In this document: in pieces, positions 46,173 to 55,645 of the stretch
How the letters are laid out: every line of letters starts with the position of its first letter
How positions within the stretch are numbered: the stretch's first letter is position 1
Sequence record: SRR31156797_505
DNA length: 64,000 nucleotides
Strand: one strand, 5' to 3'
The notes under the pieces: generated by a model
What the model saw: the letters and a program-made list of their open reading frames with translations, nothing else
Databases searched by the model: none
What the model was told of the DNA's origin: nothing
Translations under genes and position numbers: made by a program

Positions 46173-47293
46173 AAAGAACAGAAAATATGACGCCGTTCAT
46201 CGTTATGGACATCCTGCGCCGTGCAAATGAGATAGATGACTGCATACATTTTGAGGTTGGTCAGCCGGATATAGCACCATCAGAAGGTGTGCTGAACGGA
46301 ATGCGTGAAGCTCTTGATGACGGTCAGTTCCCATACACCCCTGCAAAGGGGCTTTTGCCGCTTAGGGAGAATATCGCAGGTTTTTATAAAGCTTACTACG
46401 GTGTAGAGGTAGACCCAGAGAGGATTATTATGACAGTGGGTACATCTGGTGCGTTTCTGATAGCTTATTCTGTCTTATGTGATCTTGGCGAAAAGCTAGC
46501 TTTTACTGATCCGGGATATCCCTGCTATAAGAACTATTCATATGTTCTCGGCATTGACCCTGTGATGATACCTGTGGATGCATCGAGTAACTATCAGATG
46601 ACAGCTGACATGCTTAAAAAACATGAGAATGTTAAGGCTGTACAGATATCTTCGCCGTCTAACCCAACGGGGAATCTTTACGACAGAGATAACATGAAGG
46701 AGCTGGTAAACTATTGCGACAGCAAAAACATTGGGTTCATATCCGATGAAATTTACCACGGTCTTACCTACGGGGAGAAGGGCGAATCTACTGCGCTTGA
46801 GTTCTCTGATGATGCGATAGTTATAAACGGTTTTTCCAAATACTTCTGTATGCCAGGAGCCAGGCTCGGCTGGATGATACTCCCTGAGAGGCTAGTCAGA
46901 CCAGCAGAAATTGTCATGCAGAACCTTTTCATATCTGCACCGACAATGAGCCAGATCGGGTGTATAAACGCATTCGATTATAACTTCCTTCGTGACTACA
47001 GGGCGGAATACGAAAAGAGGAGAGATTACCTTTATAGTGAGCTGAAAGAGATGTTTAAAATAGATGTCATGCCTGAAGGGGCATTTTATATATGGGCGGA
47101 TATGTCCGAGTATTCTGACGACTGTTACGAATTTGCTCTGGAACTTCTTGAGAAAGCCCATGTAGCTGTTACCCCTGGTATAGACTTCGGAACTAATAAT
47201 ACTAAGAAATATATAAGGTTTGCCTACACCAGAAACATGGAGCATATGGCAGAAGGTGTACGCAGGCTTAAGGAATACCTAAAAAACAGGTGA
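46169..47293 (+). CDS. PLP-dependent aminotransferase class I/II
   Basis: EVGQPD, SPSNPTG, SDEIYHG, GFSKYF.M.G.RLGW and IRFAY. Confidence 0.94.
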   Translation: MKRTENMTPFIVMDILRRANEIDDCIHFEVGQPDIAPSEGVLNGMREALDDGQFPYTPAKGLLPLRENIAGFYKAYYGVEVDPERIIMTVGTSGAFLIAYSVLCDLGEKLAFTDPGYPCYKNYSYVLGIDPVMIPVDASSNYQMTADMLKKHENVKAVQISSPSNPTGNLYDRDNMKELVNYCDSKNIGFISDEIYHGLTYGEKGESTALEFSDDAIVINGFSKYFCMPGARLGWMILPERLVRPAEIVMQNLFISAPTMSQIGCINAFDYNFLRDYRAEYEKRRDYLYSELKEMFKIDVMPEGAFYIWADMSEYSDDCYEFALELLEKAHVAVTPGIDFGTNNTKKYIRFAYTRNMEHMAEGVRRLKEYLKNR

Positions 47294-47296
47294 GAT

Positions 47297-47758
47297 ATGA
47301 GATATTGGCTGATGAAATCTGAGCCGGAGGCGTATTCCATTGATGATCTGGAAAAAGACGTGACAGAGCACTGGGACGGTATCCGTAATTATCAGGCACG
47401 CAATTTTATGCGTGATGATATGGCGATAGGCGACAGAGTGCTGTTTTATCACTCTAACTGTGAAGTGCCCGGTGTTGTAGGGCTTGCAGAAGTGGCAAGT
47501 GAGCCATATCCTGACCACACAGCTTTCGATTCATCAAGCAAATATTTCGACCCTAAGTCTAAAGAAGATAATCCTCGCTGGATAATGGTTGATGTAAAAT
47601 TTATTGAAAAGTTTGAACGTACAGTCAGCCTGAAAGAGATGAAAGATGAACCGGCACTCGCAGAGATGCGCCTTGTGCAGAAGGGGAACAGGCTATCTAT
47701 TATGCCAGTTGAGTTGAGTGAATTTGAAGTAATTATCGGGATGGTTAAAGATGCGTAG
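47297..47758 (+). CDS. EVE domain protein
   Basis: YWLMKSEP, WDGIRNYQARN, FYHS and RLSIMPV. Confidence 0.94.
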   Translation: MRYWLMKSEPEAYSIDDLEKDVTEHWDGIRNYQARNFMRDDMAIGDRVLFYHSNCEVPGVVGLAEVASEPYPDHTAFDSSSKYFDPKSKEDNPRWIMVDVKFIEKFERTVSLKEMKDEPALAEMRLVQKGNRLSIMPVELSEFEVIIGMVKDA

Positions 47759-48227
47759 AAACGAAAAGCTAATCAGTGAAATTGCTGAGATAAATGATAT
47801 CTTAGGTCGAGGAGAAGTTATACGCATCGCTATGATTGACGGTGATGAACCGTATCTTGTCCCTATGAGCTATGGGTTTAAGGACGGGATGATATATATC
47901 CACTGTGCCAAAGAGGGGCGCAAGGTCTCCGCTATGAAGGCGAATCCGAAAGTTTGTTTCGAGGTGTCTGTGGATACTGAGCTTGTGAAGAAAGATCAGG
48001 CTTGTGGTTGGACCTACTACTTTAAATCTGTGATGGGTAAGGGAAAGGCTATTTTTGTAGAAGACGTAAACGAAAAGCTTGTGGGGCTTTCAGCCATCAT
48101 GGAGCAGTACGGAAGTATCGAGCATTCCTTCCCTGATAAGGCGGTAGAGGCAACAGAGATAATCCGGATTGACATCGAAGAGGTCAGCGGAAAGCAGTCT
48201 CCGGCGGATAAAAAGAAAGAATACTAA
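47751..48227 (+). CDS. Pyridoxamine 5'-phosphate oxidase-like (NimA-type) flavin-binding protein
   Basis: MRR.E..I, PYLVPMSYG, IYIHCA.EGRK, NP.VCFEV and SGK. Confidence 0.88.
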   Translation: MRRNEKLISEIAEINDILGRGEVIRIAMIDGDEPYLVPMSYGFKDGMIYIHCAKEGRKVSAMKANPKVCFEVSVDTELVKKDQACGWTYYFKSVMGKGKAIFVEDVNEKLVGLSAIMEQYGSIEHSFPDKAVEATEIIRIDIEEVSGKQSPADKKKEY

Positions 48228-48251
48228 CGATAAAACTAAATAAACTATTAA

Positions 48252-48285
48252 GACGGCACTGCTGAAAGGTATGTGTCGTTTTTTT
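48252..48285 (+). terminator. Rho-independent terminator
   Basis: GACGGCAC...GTGTCGTT followed by a T run. Confidence 0.65.
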
Positions 48286-48360
48286 ATGCCTAAAAGCAAT
48301 TGATAACTGCCGCATTCATTATTAATTTCTTTTAAGTATTATTCAAAGTTCTTATTTTTA

Positions 48361-48377
48361 ATTTGCGATTCGCGAAT
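48361..48377. promoter_or_regulatory. Palindromic operator candidate
   Basis: ATTTGCGA-T-TCGCGAAT upstream of the wHTH gene at 48439. Confidence 0.45.
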
Positions 48378-48438
48378 TATTATGTTAATTTGTGTCTGTT
48401 GTTAGAGTTAAGGAGAAAGTGGTTCTTTTGGAGTGTAA

Positions 48439-48984
48439 ATGCTTAAATCTCAGGATGTTATGATCATTTTGAAGATTGTTTCCATGGGGCAGCGTGAGTG
48501 GAAATACAGCGAAGCTGCGCTGGAATTACACATGAGTCCGTCTGAGGTGCACGCAGGAGTTAAGCGACTTAAAAATTGCGCTCTGCTCACTGAGCTTAGT
48601 CTCGGTGTCGGCGGTACAGAAAAGAAACTACACATCCCGGATATCGATTGTTTAAAAGAGTTTATGCGTTGCGGAGTCAGATATGTCTTCCCGGCAATAT
48701 ACTCACAGCCAGCGAGGGGGTTGCCTACATCCTACGGTGTTGAGCATCTCTTTGAAGGGTTTAGCTTTACTGGCGGTTTCATACCTGTCTGGGAGCTTGA
48801 GGTTGGCGAATACACTGGTGCGGCATTAAAACCGCTGTACTCTTCTGCGCCGAAAGCTGCTATGGATGATTTCAGGCTATACGAACTACTTGCTCTGGCT
48901 GATGCTATGCGAACTGACGATAAAAAACTACGTGATTTCGCTTGGGATAAAATGAATATTATGCTTGGAGGAGATTATGGCTAA
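48439..48984 (+). CDS. wHTH protein resembling AbiEi-type (type IV TA) antitoxins, no partner gene
   Basis: LK.QDV..ILK, L.MS.SEVH..VKRL, EF...GVRYVFPA, RGLPT, PVW, PLY..AP.AA..D..LYELLAL.DA.R. The family assignment is from recall. Confidence 0.6.
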   Translation: MLKSQDVMIILKIVSMGQREWKYSEAALELHMSPSEVHAGVKRLKNCALLTELSLGVGGTEKKLHIPDIDCLKEFMRCGVRYVFPAIYSQPARGLPTSYGVEHLFEGFSFTGGFIPVWELEVGEYTGAALKPLYSSAPKAAMDDFRLYELLALADAMRTDDKKLRDFAWDKMNIMLGGDYG

Positions 48985-49465
48985 AGAGAAATACCCAGTA
49001 ACACCAGCTGTAAGGGAGCTTCGCAAACATAAGGTTGATTTCACTCCGCATGTTTATGATTATGTTGAAAAAGGTGGCGCAGAGCACTCTGCTAATGTGC
49101 TTGGAGCTGACCTTAATACTGTAGTAAAGACAATTATACTTGAGAATGAGAAATCTGAACCCTGTGTAGTGCTGATGCACGGGGATAAGGCTATATCCAC
49201 AAAAAATCTCGCCCGTGAGATAGGAGTGAAAACGCTTACTCCTTGTAACCCTGAAATTGCGAACAAGCATACAGGCTATCTTGTGGGCGGGACATCACCT
49301 TTCGGAACTCGGAAGAAGATGGAGATTTATATGCAGTCAACGATTGCGGATATAGATGAAATATACATTAACGGTGGCAAGAGGGGCTTTCTGGTTAGTA
49401 TAAAAACTTCAGACCTGATGAGAGTTCTTGAGCCTACTCTGGTTGATGTCGCTATAGATAAGTGA
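48977..49465 (+). CDS. ybaK: Cys-tRNA(Pro) deacylase
   Basis: TPAV..L, VVKT and TGYLVGGTSPFG. Confidence 0.92.
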   Translation: MAKEKYPVTPAVRELRKHKVDFTPHVYDYVEKGGAEHSANVLGADLNTVVKTIILENEKSEPCVVLMHGDKAISTKNLAREIGVKTLTPCNPEIANKHTGYLVGGTSPFGTRKKMEIYMQSTIADIDEIYINGGKRGFLVSIKTSDLMRVLEPTLVDVAIDK

Positions 49466-51196
49466 TTAATCTATTTCTGTGTTGAACTGGAGCTTGCAAA
49501 GTCTTGCGTATGTCTCTGATTTATCGAGTAGCTCTGCGTGTGTACCTGTCGCCTCAATCTTACCTTTATCAAGGACAACGATCATATCTGCGTTTAATAT
49601 GGTAGAGAGCCTGTGGGCTATAACAAAGCTTGTTCGCCCCTGCATAAGGTTGGTCAAGGCTTTTTGAACTATCCTCTCAGATTCAGTGTCGAGGGCGCTT
49701 GTCGCCTCGTCAAGTATGAGTATTGGCGGGTTTAAAAGCAGTGCACGTGCAATTGTTAATCTCTGTTTCTGACCACCGGAAAGCCTGTCTCCACGCTCAC
49801 CTATCACAGTGTCAAAACCGTCAGGAAGTTCTTCTATGAAATTCAGTGCGTAAGCAGCTTCAGCAGCACTTCTTATTTTGTTTATATCCTCTTCGTCTGT
49901 GGCATATGATATGTTCTCTTTGATGCTTGTGTTGAAGAGGAACGGTTCCTGAGAAACTATACCGATATTTTTACGGAGAGAGTGCACTTTGTAGTCACGA
50001 AGGTCTGTTCCGTCTATTTTGATTGCGCCATCTGTTACGTCGTAAAAGCGTGGAATAAGCGATGCGATAGTGCTTTTGCCTGCACCCGATGAGCCGACAA
50101 GGGCTACTGTCATCCCCGGTTTAACATCCAGACTGACGCCATTCAAAACATTTCCGTCTGCATCGTTATAGCTGAATTTAACATCCTCAAGGGTAATGAC
50201 TTTGCCGGAAGCGTCGCAGTCGAGTGTCCCGTCATTGTCCAATATGCTATTATGAATATCTAAAACTGAAAAAATCCTATCACATGAGGCGTTTGCCTGT
50301 TGGATATTTGCGTTGTAGTGGTTGATCTTTTTAAATGGGTCAAACATAAGCCCAAAAGCTGTTACAAATGAGAAGAATGTACCCGCAGTTGTTTCACCGG
50401 TGATAACCTTAAGACCGCCGTAGAAGATTATTCCAGCCACTGCAAAACCTGCGATTGTCTCCATGAATGGTGAGCTGAGTGAGGTGATAAGCACCTGCTT
50501 AAGCCTGTATTTCACTTCACGGGCGTTCAGACGAAAGAAATTTGCGGTCTCCTTGTCTTCAGTGGCGAATGATTTTACAACTGTTACGCCTGAAAATGTC
50601 TCCTGAAGAGCTGTTGCTAGGTCTCCTATGCGCTCCTGCTGTTTGCGGCTGTATTTTTTAACTTTTTTACCTGTTCTGTCGATCAGGATTGCCATAAACG
50701 GGATAGCGATGAAGACTGTTGAGCCGAGTTTTAAATCCTGATAAAGAACCACGCCTACGAGGAAGAATATCGAAAGTCCGCTTCTGAACATCTTAAGTGC
50801 AGCAGGGATTGCGTTTTGAAGGTTTGTGACATCGTTTATAATACGGGTCATCATAGCGCCGGTTTCGTTGTTGTCGTAGTAGCTCATAGGCAGTCGGATC
50901 ATCTTATAGTAGAGCTCTTCTCTGATTTTCTGGACGGCTTTTTGACCTGCGAACTGTATGAGGTATGACTGCATAAACCTTGCGACGAGGCGTATGGAAA
51001 ACATGCAGATTATAACTATAGGGATAAGTCTGAGCATCTTTTCATCTTTATTGATGAAGATTCCGTCCAGGATATCCTTGACGATATAGGCAACCGCACC
51101 GTCAGTGGCGGAGACCACACCGGACGCTAAGAGAGCTATAAAAATGAAAAGTTTGTTATCTCTGAAATAAAACCAGAGCCGTTTCAAGTTCCTCAT
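49466..51196 (-). CDS. msbA: Lipid A export ABC transporter MsbA-type (fused permease/ATPase)
   Basis: TM domain followed by GSSGAGKST, PRFYD, LSGGQKQR, LDEATSALD and IAHRLST. Confidence 0.85.
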   Translation of the reverse strand: MRNLKRLWFYFRDNKLFIFIALLASGVVSATDGAVAYIVKDILDGIFINKDEKMLRLIPIVIICMFSIRLVARFMQSYLIQFAGQKAVQKIREELYYKMIRLPMSYYDNNETGAMMTRIINDVTNLQNAIPAALKMFRSGLSIFFLVGVVLYQDLKLGSTVFIAIPFMAILIDRTGKKVKKYSRKQQERIGDLATALQETFSGVTVVKSFATEDKETANFFRLNAREVKYRLKQVLITSLSSPFMETIAGFAVAGIIFYGGLKVITGETTAGTFFSFVTAFGLMFDPFKKINHYNANIQQANASCDRIFSVLDIHNSILDNDGTLDCDASGKVITLEDVKFSYNDADGNVLNGVSLDVKPGMTVALVGSSGAGKSTIASLIPRFYDVTDGAIKIDGTDLRDYKVHSLRKNIGIVSQEPFLFNTSIKENISYATDEEDINKIRSAAEAAYALNFIEELPDGFDTVIGERGDRLSGGQKQRLTIARALLLNPPILILDEATSALDTESERIVQKALTNLMQGRTSFVIAHRLSTILNADMIVVLDKGKIEATGTHAELLDKSETYARLCKLQFNTEID

Positions 51197-51260
51197 ACAA
51201 TTTCTTATATCACCATTTTAACTTTTTCAACAGCTTTTGATGATATAAGGTGTTTTTGCG

Positions 51261-53867
51261 TTAGATCATATCCTTAATACAGTCGATGAGTCCATCAGGG
51301 TGAAGCACAACAAGCATCTCCTGATTAGTCGCCTTCAGGTGTGGTTTGACCACACAGTCGGTATATCTCGAATCTTCTATAAGGTGGTCAGGTTGCTCAA
51401 CACGGTTCATCTCTATTTCGGGGATTTCGCCAAGTCCATCAACAAGAAGACCAATGTTCATCTTATCTGTTTTAACTATTATAACCTGCGAATCCTTACT
51501 TATCTCCTGCGGGTCCTCACGGAGGATTGAGCGGATATCGAGTATGACAGTAGGCACATCGTTGTAGATTATCTGTCCTTTTACAAACTCGCACGAACCG
51601 GGAACTATGGTTATCCCCTCCGGTGTTACAGACTCGATAACATATTCAGTGCGTAGCCCTAGCCATTTCGAGCCTATGAAGAACGTTGCGACTTCGATAG
51701 AATCGACACCTTTAGAATCGGAGCGGACGTCTATATTCATCTCTCTTTTGCGGATGTTTCTTGCGGCTTGATTATTTATCTCAGCTAAAGGAACAAAGAT
51801 GAAGCCGACAATATCATTTTTATAGTTGTCATTAACCTTGTATTCTCTGTAGCCCGCACTGGTATGAATTCCGACAGCGTAGTATGCTCCATCGTAGTTG
51901 ATTATCTGAGAAGTTCCTTCGCCATTAGGCATTTTGAATAGCTCCTGCGGGATTTCCAGTATGTCGCCAGTTGCTATATCTCTGCTGGTGGAGCTGATAA
52001 CCATGCCGTCTCTCTGGGCAAATACGCCGAAGCACCCCTGCATAACTTCACCTGTAGCATCTCTAGGCAGAGAGTCTTGAAGCATCGCTTCGAATTCAGG
52101 CTCACTGTCAAAGACTATGCCGATCCCACCAAGTATCTCGCCTGAGTTCAGGTCGCTTACTGAGGCACCATAGATGTATGTGTGTCTTCTGCCGTAGTAT
52201 TCAGATTCTTCAAAAGGGGATACTGAGTACCTTTGTGAGTCTCTTAGCGATACTGTCTCACGCATCCAGCTATGGTTGATTTTACTGCCGACGATATGAT
52301 GCTCCATCTCACTTGATACAGCCACAATTGTGCCGGATTTGTCGTATAGAAAGAGGTTGGTGTAAACCGTGTATAGGTTATTGATATATTTAAGGATAGA
52401 GGAGAGCACCGTGCTATCTTCAGGTGTTATGTGTCCCTGAGCCAGGAGATTTCGGAATTTCTCTGTCAGCGCCCACCAGCGGCAGTCGTTTGCACGCTCG
52501 TAAAGGTTTCTGTCCATGATGTCAACGGACAGTGCAGCCCAGAACCATACATTATTAAGTACGGACGTGACGACTGTTTCGTGCAGGTTACCTATGGAAT
52601 CCTCGAATACTTTTTTTGTTTTCGCTCCAGCATCAGAGATGTTCCAGAGGAGGATTTTAGATTTAGGGTCGTTCCCTGTGATATTTCCGTTCCAGACGGT
52701 TCTCTCAAGCTCGCTCTGTATCCTGTCCGCCTGAACAGGTATATCTCGGAGTTCTTTCGAAAATAATTTAGGGTCGTCCATCACTGCGTGTAGTATATGC
52801 TCGTCAACTCCTTCGGTGTGCTGAACCGTCGAAGTGAATGCCTGCTCTATCGGAACCATCACGTGCCCGTGCCAGCCTAGCCCGTAAAAGCCCTGATAGC
52901 CTTTTGTTGCGCAGGTCTTAGCCAGGTAAAGCCTGCCTGCGAAACGGACAATATCGTAGTCTTTATCTCTGATCATCGTCATTTCAGAACCGATCGGAAC
53001 CTGATGCTCGCTTGAGCTTGCGATAACCTTGCCTTCTTTATCGAGCAGGGTGAGTATAGACCAATCCTGAGCAGATGTGAGGTTTTTGAAAATACCGTCC
53101 ATCTCGTTTTTAAATTTAAAACATAGGCAGAGGACACCGAGCTGCTTTGATTTTGAGTCGTTCGTTTCGGTTACTCTGTATGCGTATATGAGTGAATCCC
53201 CATTATCAGGTAGGAGGTCGGTCTCTTTGAATACCTCGACATAATCTTCGTTTGTATTTAAAGCTTCGGATATGATTGGGTCGTAGGATTTTTTGAGTTT
53301 GCTGTCCATATCCATCTGAGCGAGGACATTCCCCTTAGTATCAAGCAGGATGATGTCGAAATAGACAGAATACTTTTTTGTATACTCATCAAACCTTTCA
53401 ATTATCGCAGCTTTCGCCTCTTCTCGCATTTGGGTTTTGTTGCAGTTTTGCTCGTCACACTCTTCCTGTGACATTTTTTCGAGTTTCTCGAGACTGAAAA
53501 TGTAATTTCTTATGTCGTCATCAGTTGCGAGAAAGCCGATGTCTGCGGTTCTTTCAAAAAGGTTTCTTATGGCGATATCAACAGTTACCTGCGCTTTGGA
53601 GCTGATCTCCTGTGAAACTTTTTTCAGGTTTTCAAGCCCGAGCTGACTCAAAAGTTCATTAGTCAGCATTTTAAAACCTTCTCTCGTGCCGGTCATGTTC
53701 GTTCCTGTACCACTTATCTGCCCCAATATGGTTAACAGATCCCATTGACCAGCGAGAATCCGTAATTCCTCTCTGTAGTCTTCAACGCTTTTCATGTGAA
53801 ATATAATGTCTGCTAGGTCTCTAGGTATCTGAACGTCCTTATATGTGACCTTCTCCCCCTGTATCAT
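51261..53867 (-). CDS. Large cytoplasmic protein with duplicated Cache-like module and C-terminal CheW domain
   Basis: Internal repeat RNLFERTAD.../RNLYERAND... and a C-terminal CheW-like region (ATFFIG..W.G, VPG..EFVKG, GLLVDGLGEIPEI). No TM segment. GGAGG RBS. Confidence 0.8.
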   Translation of the reverse strand: MIQGEKVTYKDVQIPRDLADIIFHMKSVEDYREELRILAGQWDLLTILGQISGTGTNMTGTREGFKMLTNELLSQLGLENLKKVSQEISSKAQVTVDIAIRNLFERTADIGFLATDDDIRNYIFSLEKLEKMSQEECDEQNCNKTQMREEAKAAIIERFDEYTKKYSVYFDIILLDTKGNVLAQMDMDSKLKKSYDPIISEALNTNEDYVEVFKETDLLPDNGDSLIYAYRVTETNDSKSKQLGVLCLCFKFKNEMDGIFKNLTSAQDWSILTLLDKEGKVIASSSEHQVPIGSEMTMIRDKDYDIVRFAGRLYLAKTCATKGYQGFYGLGWHGHVMVPIEQAFTSTVQHTEGVDEHILHAVMDDPKLFSKELRDIPVQADRIQSELERTVWNGNITGNDPKSKILLWNISDAGAKTKKVFEDSIGNLHETVVTSVLNNVWFWAALSVDIMDRNLYERANDCRWWALTEKFRNLLAQGHITPEDSTVLSSILKYINNLYTVYTNLFLYDKSGTIVAVSSEMEHHIVGSKINHSWMRETVSLRDSQRYSVSPFEESEYYGRRHTYIYGASVSDLNSGEILGGIGIVFDSEPEFEAMLQDSLPRDATGEVMQGCFGVFAQRDGMVISSTSRDIATGDILEIPQELFKMPNGEGTSQIINYDGAYYAVGIHTSAGYREYKVNDNYKNDIVGFIFVPLAEINNQAARNIRKREMNIDVRSDSKGVDSIEVATFFIGSKWLGLRTEYVIESVTPEGITIVPGSCEFVKGQIIYNDVPTVILDIRSILREDPQEISKDSQVIIVKTDKMNIGLLVDGLGEIPEIEMNRVEQPDHLIEDSRYTDCVVKPHLKATNQEMLVVLHPDGLIDCIKDMI

Positions 53868-53916
53868 GGCGAATCCTCCCAAAAGTAGTGAGTAAATCAA
53901 AAGCTACATATTTATG

Positions 53917-53932
53917 AGCATAAATTGTGCCA
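53917..53932 (-). promoter_or_regulatory. Sigma54 (-24/-12) promoter
   Basis: The minus strand reads TGGCACAATTTATGCT, with correct GG-N10-GC spacing, about 50 bp upstream of the CheW-domain gene. Confidence 0.75.
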
Positions 53933-54118
53933 GCATGTTTTCAAATTGTGGTTGCATTGTAAGATCATAATGGTATCAATATGATGATTGCATTGTTGTT
54001 TGATATATTGCATTATACGTATATAATGTTTGTAGTTAACATTACCTGAAGTTTGTATGCTTTGTATTAAAAGTGACAAAATGGGAACTGATAAGCAGGT
54101 TAACTTGTGAGGTTTGAT

Positions 54119-55477
54119 ATGGAAAAGTTTGATGTAGTAGTTATTGGCGGCGGTCCTGCGGGGCTTGATGCTGGGTTCAGACTGGTTAAAGCGGGGAAGA
54201 GCGTCTGTATAGTTAATAACAGAAAAGACCGCTTAGGTGGTGTCTGTCTTAATGCCGGCTGTATGCCGACTAAATCATTCCTTAAGGCTGCGTCTGTTTA
54301 TCGCAGTGCTAAAAAAGCTGAGATGTTCGGTCTGTCTGCTGAGGTCGCCCCTGTTGATCTTGCTAAGGTAAAAGCCTCTGTGGAAGAGGGTATTGCTAAG
54401 CTCCGCATGGGTGTAGGCATGATGTCTGAAAACTCAGGTGCTGTGCTGAAATTCGGCATGGGTTCTTTCAAATCTGCAAATGAGATACTTATAACTATGG
54501 ATGATGGTCGGTCAGAGGTTGTCTATGGCGAAAAGATCATTATAGCTGCTGGCTCTGCGGCACGTGAGCTGCCTTTTGCACCTTTCGACGGCGAAGTGAT
54601 AATGAACAGTGATATGATGCTTGAAAACATTAAGCTCCCTGAAAAGCTTCTTGTTATCGGCGGTGGAGCGATAGGTTGTGAGTTTGCTACTATTTATAAT
54701 ACATTCGGAAGCAAAGTTAAGGTAGTTGAGGCTATGGACCAGCTTATCCCTAACGATGATAGTGACGCTGCTGTTATGATAAAAGAGAGATTTGAGGCTG
54801 ACGGAATAGAAGTCTCGACATCTGTTATGGTTGAGAGTATAGATAAAACTGACGGAAAAGCAGTTGTCAAATTCAAAGGTTCAGATGGGAAGGAAACATT
54901 TGATATGGTGCTGGTGTCCGTTGGGCGTGCTCCTAATGTTAAGGGCCTGGGTCTTGAAAATGCCGGCGTTCATGTTGACAGAGGCGCGGTTAAGGTTGAT
55001 CAGTTTTTACGCACTTCTAATGAGAATGTTTTTGCCGCCGGAGATAGTATTGGCGGATGGATGTTTGCTCACTCTGCCGCTTACGAAGGTGAAGTGTGCG
55101 CAGCTAATGTATTAGATTACGGCTCTTTCGAGCTTGATGAGCGTGCCGTTCCGAGAGTTGTTTTCAGTAATCCTGAAATGGGCTCTGTTGGAATTGTAAA
55201 AAATGACGATAATATAAAAGAGCTTTACATGCCGGGGCTAATGAAAGGGAGACCTATCACGGATAAAACCCCTGTAGGGCTTTTAAAATTGTTTATTTAT
55301 GAAGATACTAACCAGATTGCTGGTGGAGTTATTGTTGGTGAATGCGCAACTGAGATAGTGCATGAGATGGTTTTGGCTGTGCAGAACAGGCTTACTGTTA
55401 AGCAACTAAAAGAGACCATGCATGCGCATCCTACTTTTGCAGAGCCGATTCCGTACTTGGCGATGACTGGGGTGTAA
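54119..55477 (+). CDS. lpdA: Dihydrolipoamide dehydrogenase-family disulfide oxidoreductase
   Basis: IGGGPAG, GGVCLNAGCMPTK redox disulfide, GGGAIG.E and HAHPTFAE. Confidence 0.82.
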   Translation: MEKFDVVVIGGGPAGLDAGFRLVKAGKSVCIVNNRKDRLGGVCLNAGCMPTKSFLKAASVYRSAKKAEMFGLSAEVAPVDLAKVKASVEEGIAKLRMGVGMMSENSGAVLKFGMGSFKSANEILITMDDGRSEVVYGEKIIIAAGSAARELPFAPFDGEVIMNSDMMLENIKLPEKLLVIGGGAIGCEFATIYNTFGSKVKVVEAMDQLIPNDDSDAAVMIKERFEADGIEVSTSVMVESIDKTDGKAVVKFKGSDGKETFDMVLVSVGRAPNVKGLGLENAGVHVDRGAVKVDQFLRTSNENVFAAGDSIGGWMFAHSAAYEGEVCAANVLDYGSFELDERAVPRVVFSNPEMGSVGIVKNDDNIKELYMPGLMKGRPITDKTPVGLLKLFIYEDTNQIAGGVIVGECATEIVHEMVLAVQNRLTVKQLKETMHAHPTFAEPIPYLAMTGV

Positions 55478-55645
55478 ACCTTTTTTACATATTTTAATAA
55501 TAAAAAATTACTGCTAATATTTTGAAATAATGTGGTATTATGCGTATGTATTATTTATTTACGCATGCGTTTTTAGTGTGGTGTGCGACAGTCCCCTACT
55601 TATTTAGAGCGGCTGATCCTGCATCTGTTGGGGAGCAGAAGTTAT

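Noticed and set aside
45555..48227. Methyltransferase + EVE gene cluster as a modification-dependent defence system
   Set aside because: The methyltransferase is a small-molecule class I type without DNA-MTase motifs, the EVE protein is stand-alone with no nuclease, and the neighbours are housekeeping-like.
55478..55645. c-di-GMP riboswitch upstream of the lap operon
   Set aside because: No recognisable class I (GG.AAA...GNRA/receptor) or class II motif.
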